From a virus, in IMG/VR virus record IMGVR_UViG_3300011335_000809, positions 32,001-96,000 of that record: a stretch of DNA of 64,000 bases, one strand, 5' to 3'. The notes below the pieces were generated by a model. It was not told where the DNA came from. It saw nothing but the letters and a program-made list of their open reading frames with translations, and searched no databases. Position 1 is the first letter of the stretch, and every line of letters begins with the position of its first letter. Positions 63,784 to 64,000 of this stretch are shown here, one piece after another. Made by a program: the position numbers and the translations under genes.

Positions 63784-64000
63784 CTTGTTATAAAGTGTGT
63801 GGTAGACTGATTAAGTAAAGTAAAAAACAAATGAAAAACTTTTGGGAAACACAAGAGCCTAATTTTGTCAATGAACTTGGAATCAAGTGGTATATTGATG
63901 AATTGGTTACACAGTATTGTTTGAAAGAAAACATTAGTGGTGTATTTCTTGACAATGTTCTTGCCTATGTAGTTGTATTGCCCGATGGTAATACTGATAG

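Noticed and set aside
1-64000. Stop-codon recoding or suppressor tRNA
   Set aside because: Long genes read intact in the standard code and no CTA, TTA or TCA anticodon was found

Overview
AT-rich 64 kb segment of a large lytic dsDNA (jumbo) phage, probably infecting Verrucomicrobia (inferred from host-like secreted/outer-membrane genes). Layout: 1-17 kb late/structural block (gp55-like late sigma factor, Hsp20, tail-fibre-like proteins, PhoH, repeat-containing putative head proteins); 17.4-32 kb RNA block (tmRNA, 23 canonical tRNAs in two minus-strand arrays, several tRNA-framed or unknown structured RNAs, free-standing endonucleases); 32-34 kb methyl/glycosyl-modification genes; 34.4-51.9 kb early/host-takeover block of short promoter-gene cassettes and sRNAs, bounded by two related, strongly skewed non-coding regions; 52-64 kb mixed block (paralogue family, secreted protein, nucleotidyltransferase, Acb1-like 2H phosphoesterase). 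Main finding: each tRNA array is headed by a short leader-peptide ORF (17 and 25 aa, too short for the ORF track) overlapping a mutually exclusive antiterminator/terminator, and the leader amino acids match the tRNAs of that array (leader 1: L,S,Q,P,A,G; leader 2: all 12 of R,Y,T,H,I,K,W,D,F,N,C,E). This looks like ribosome-mediated attenuation that switches phage tRNA arrays on when those tRNAs run short. All calls were made by eye, with no database searches.
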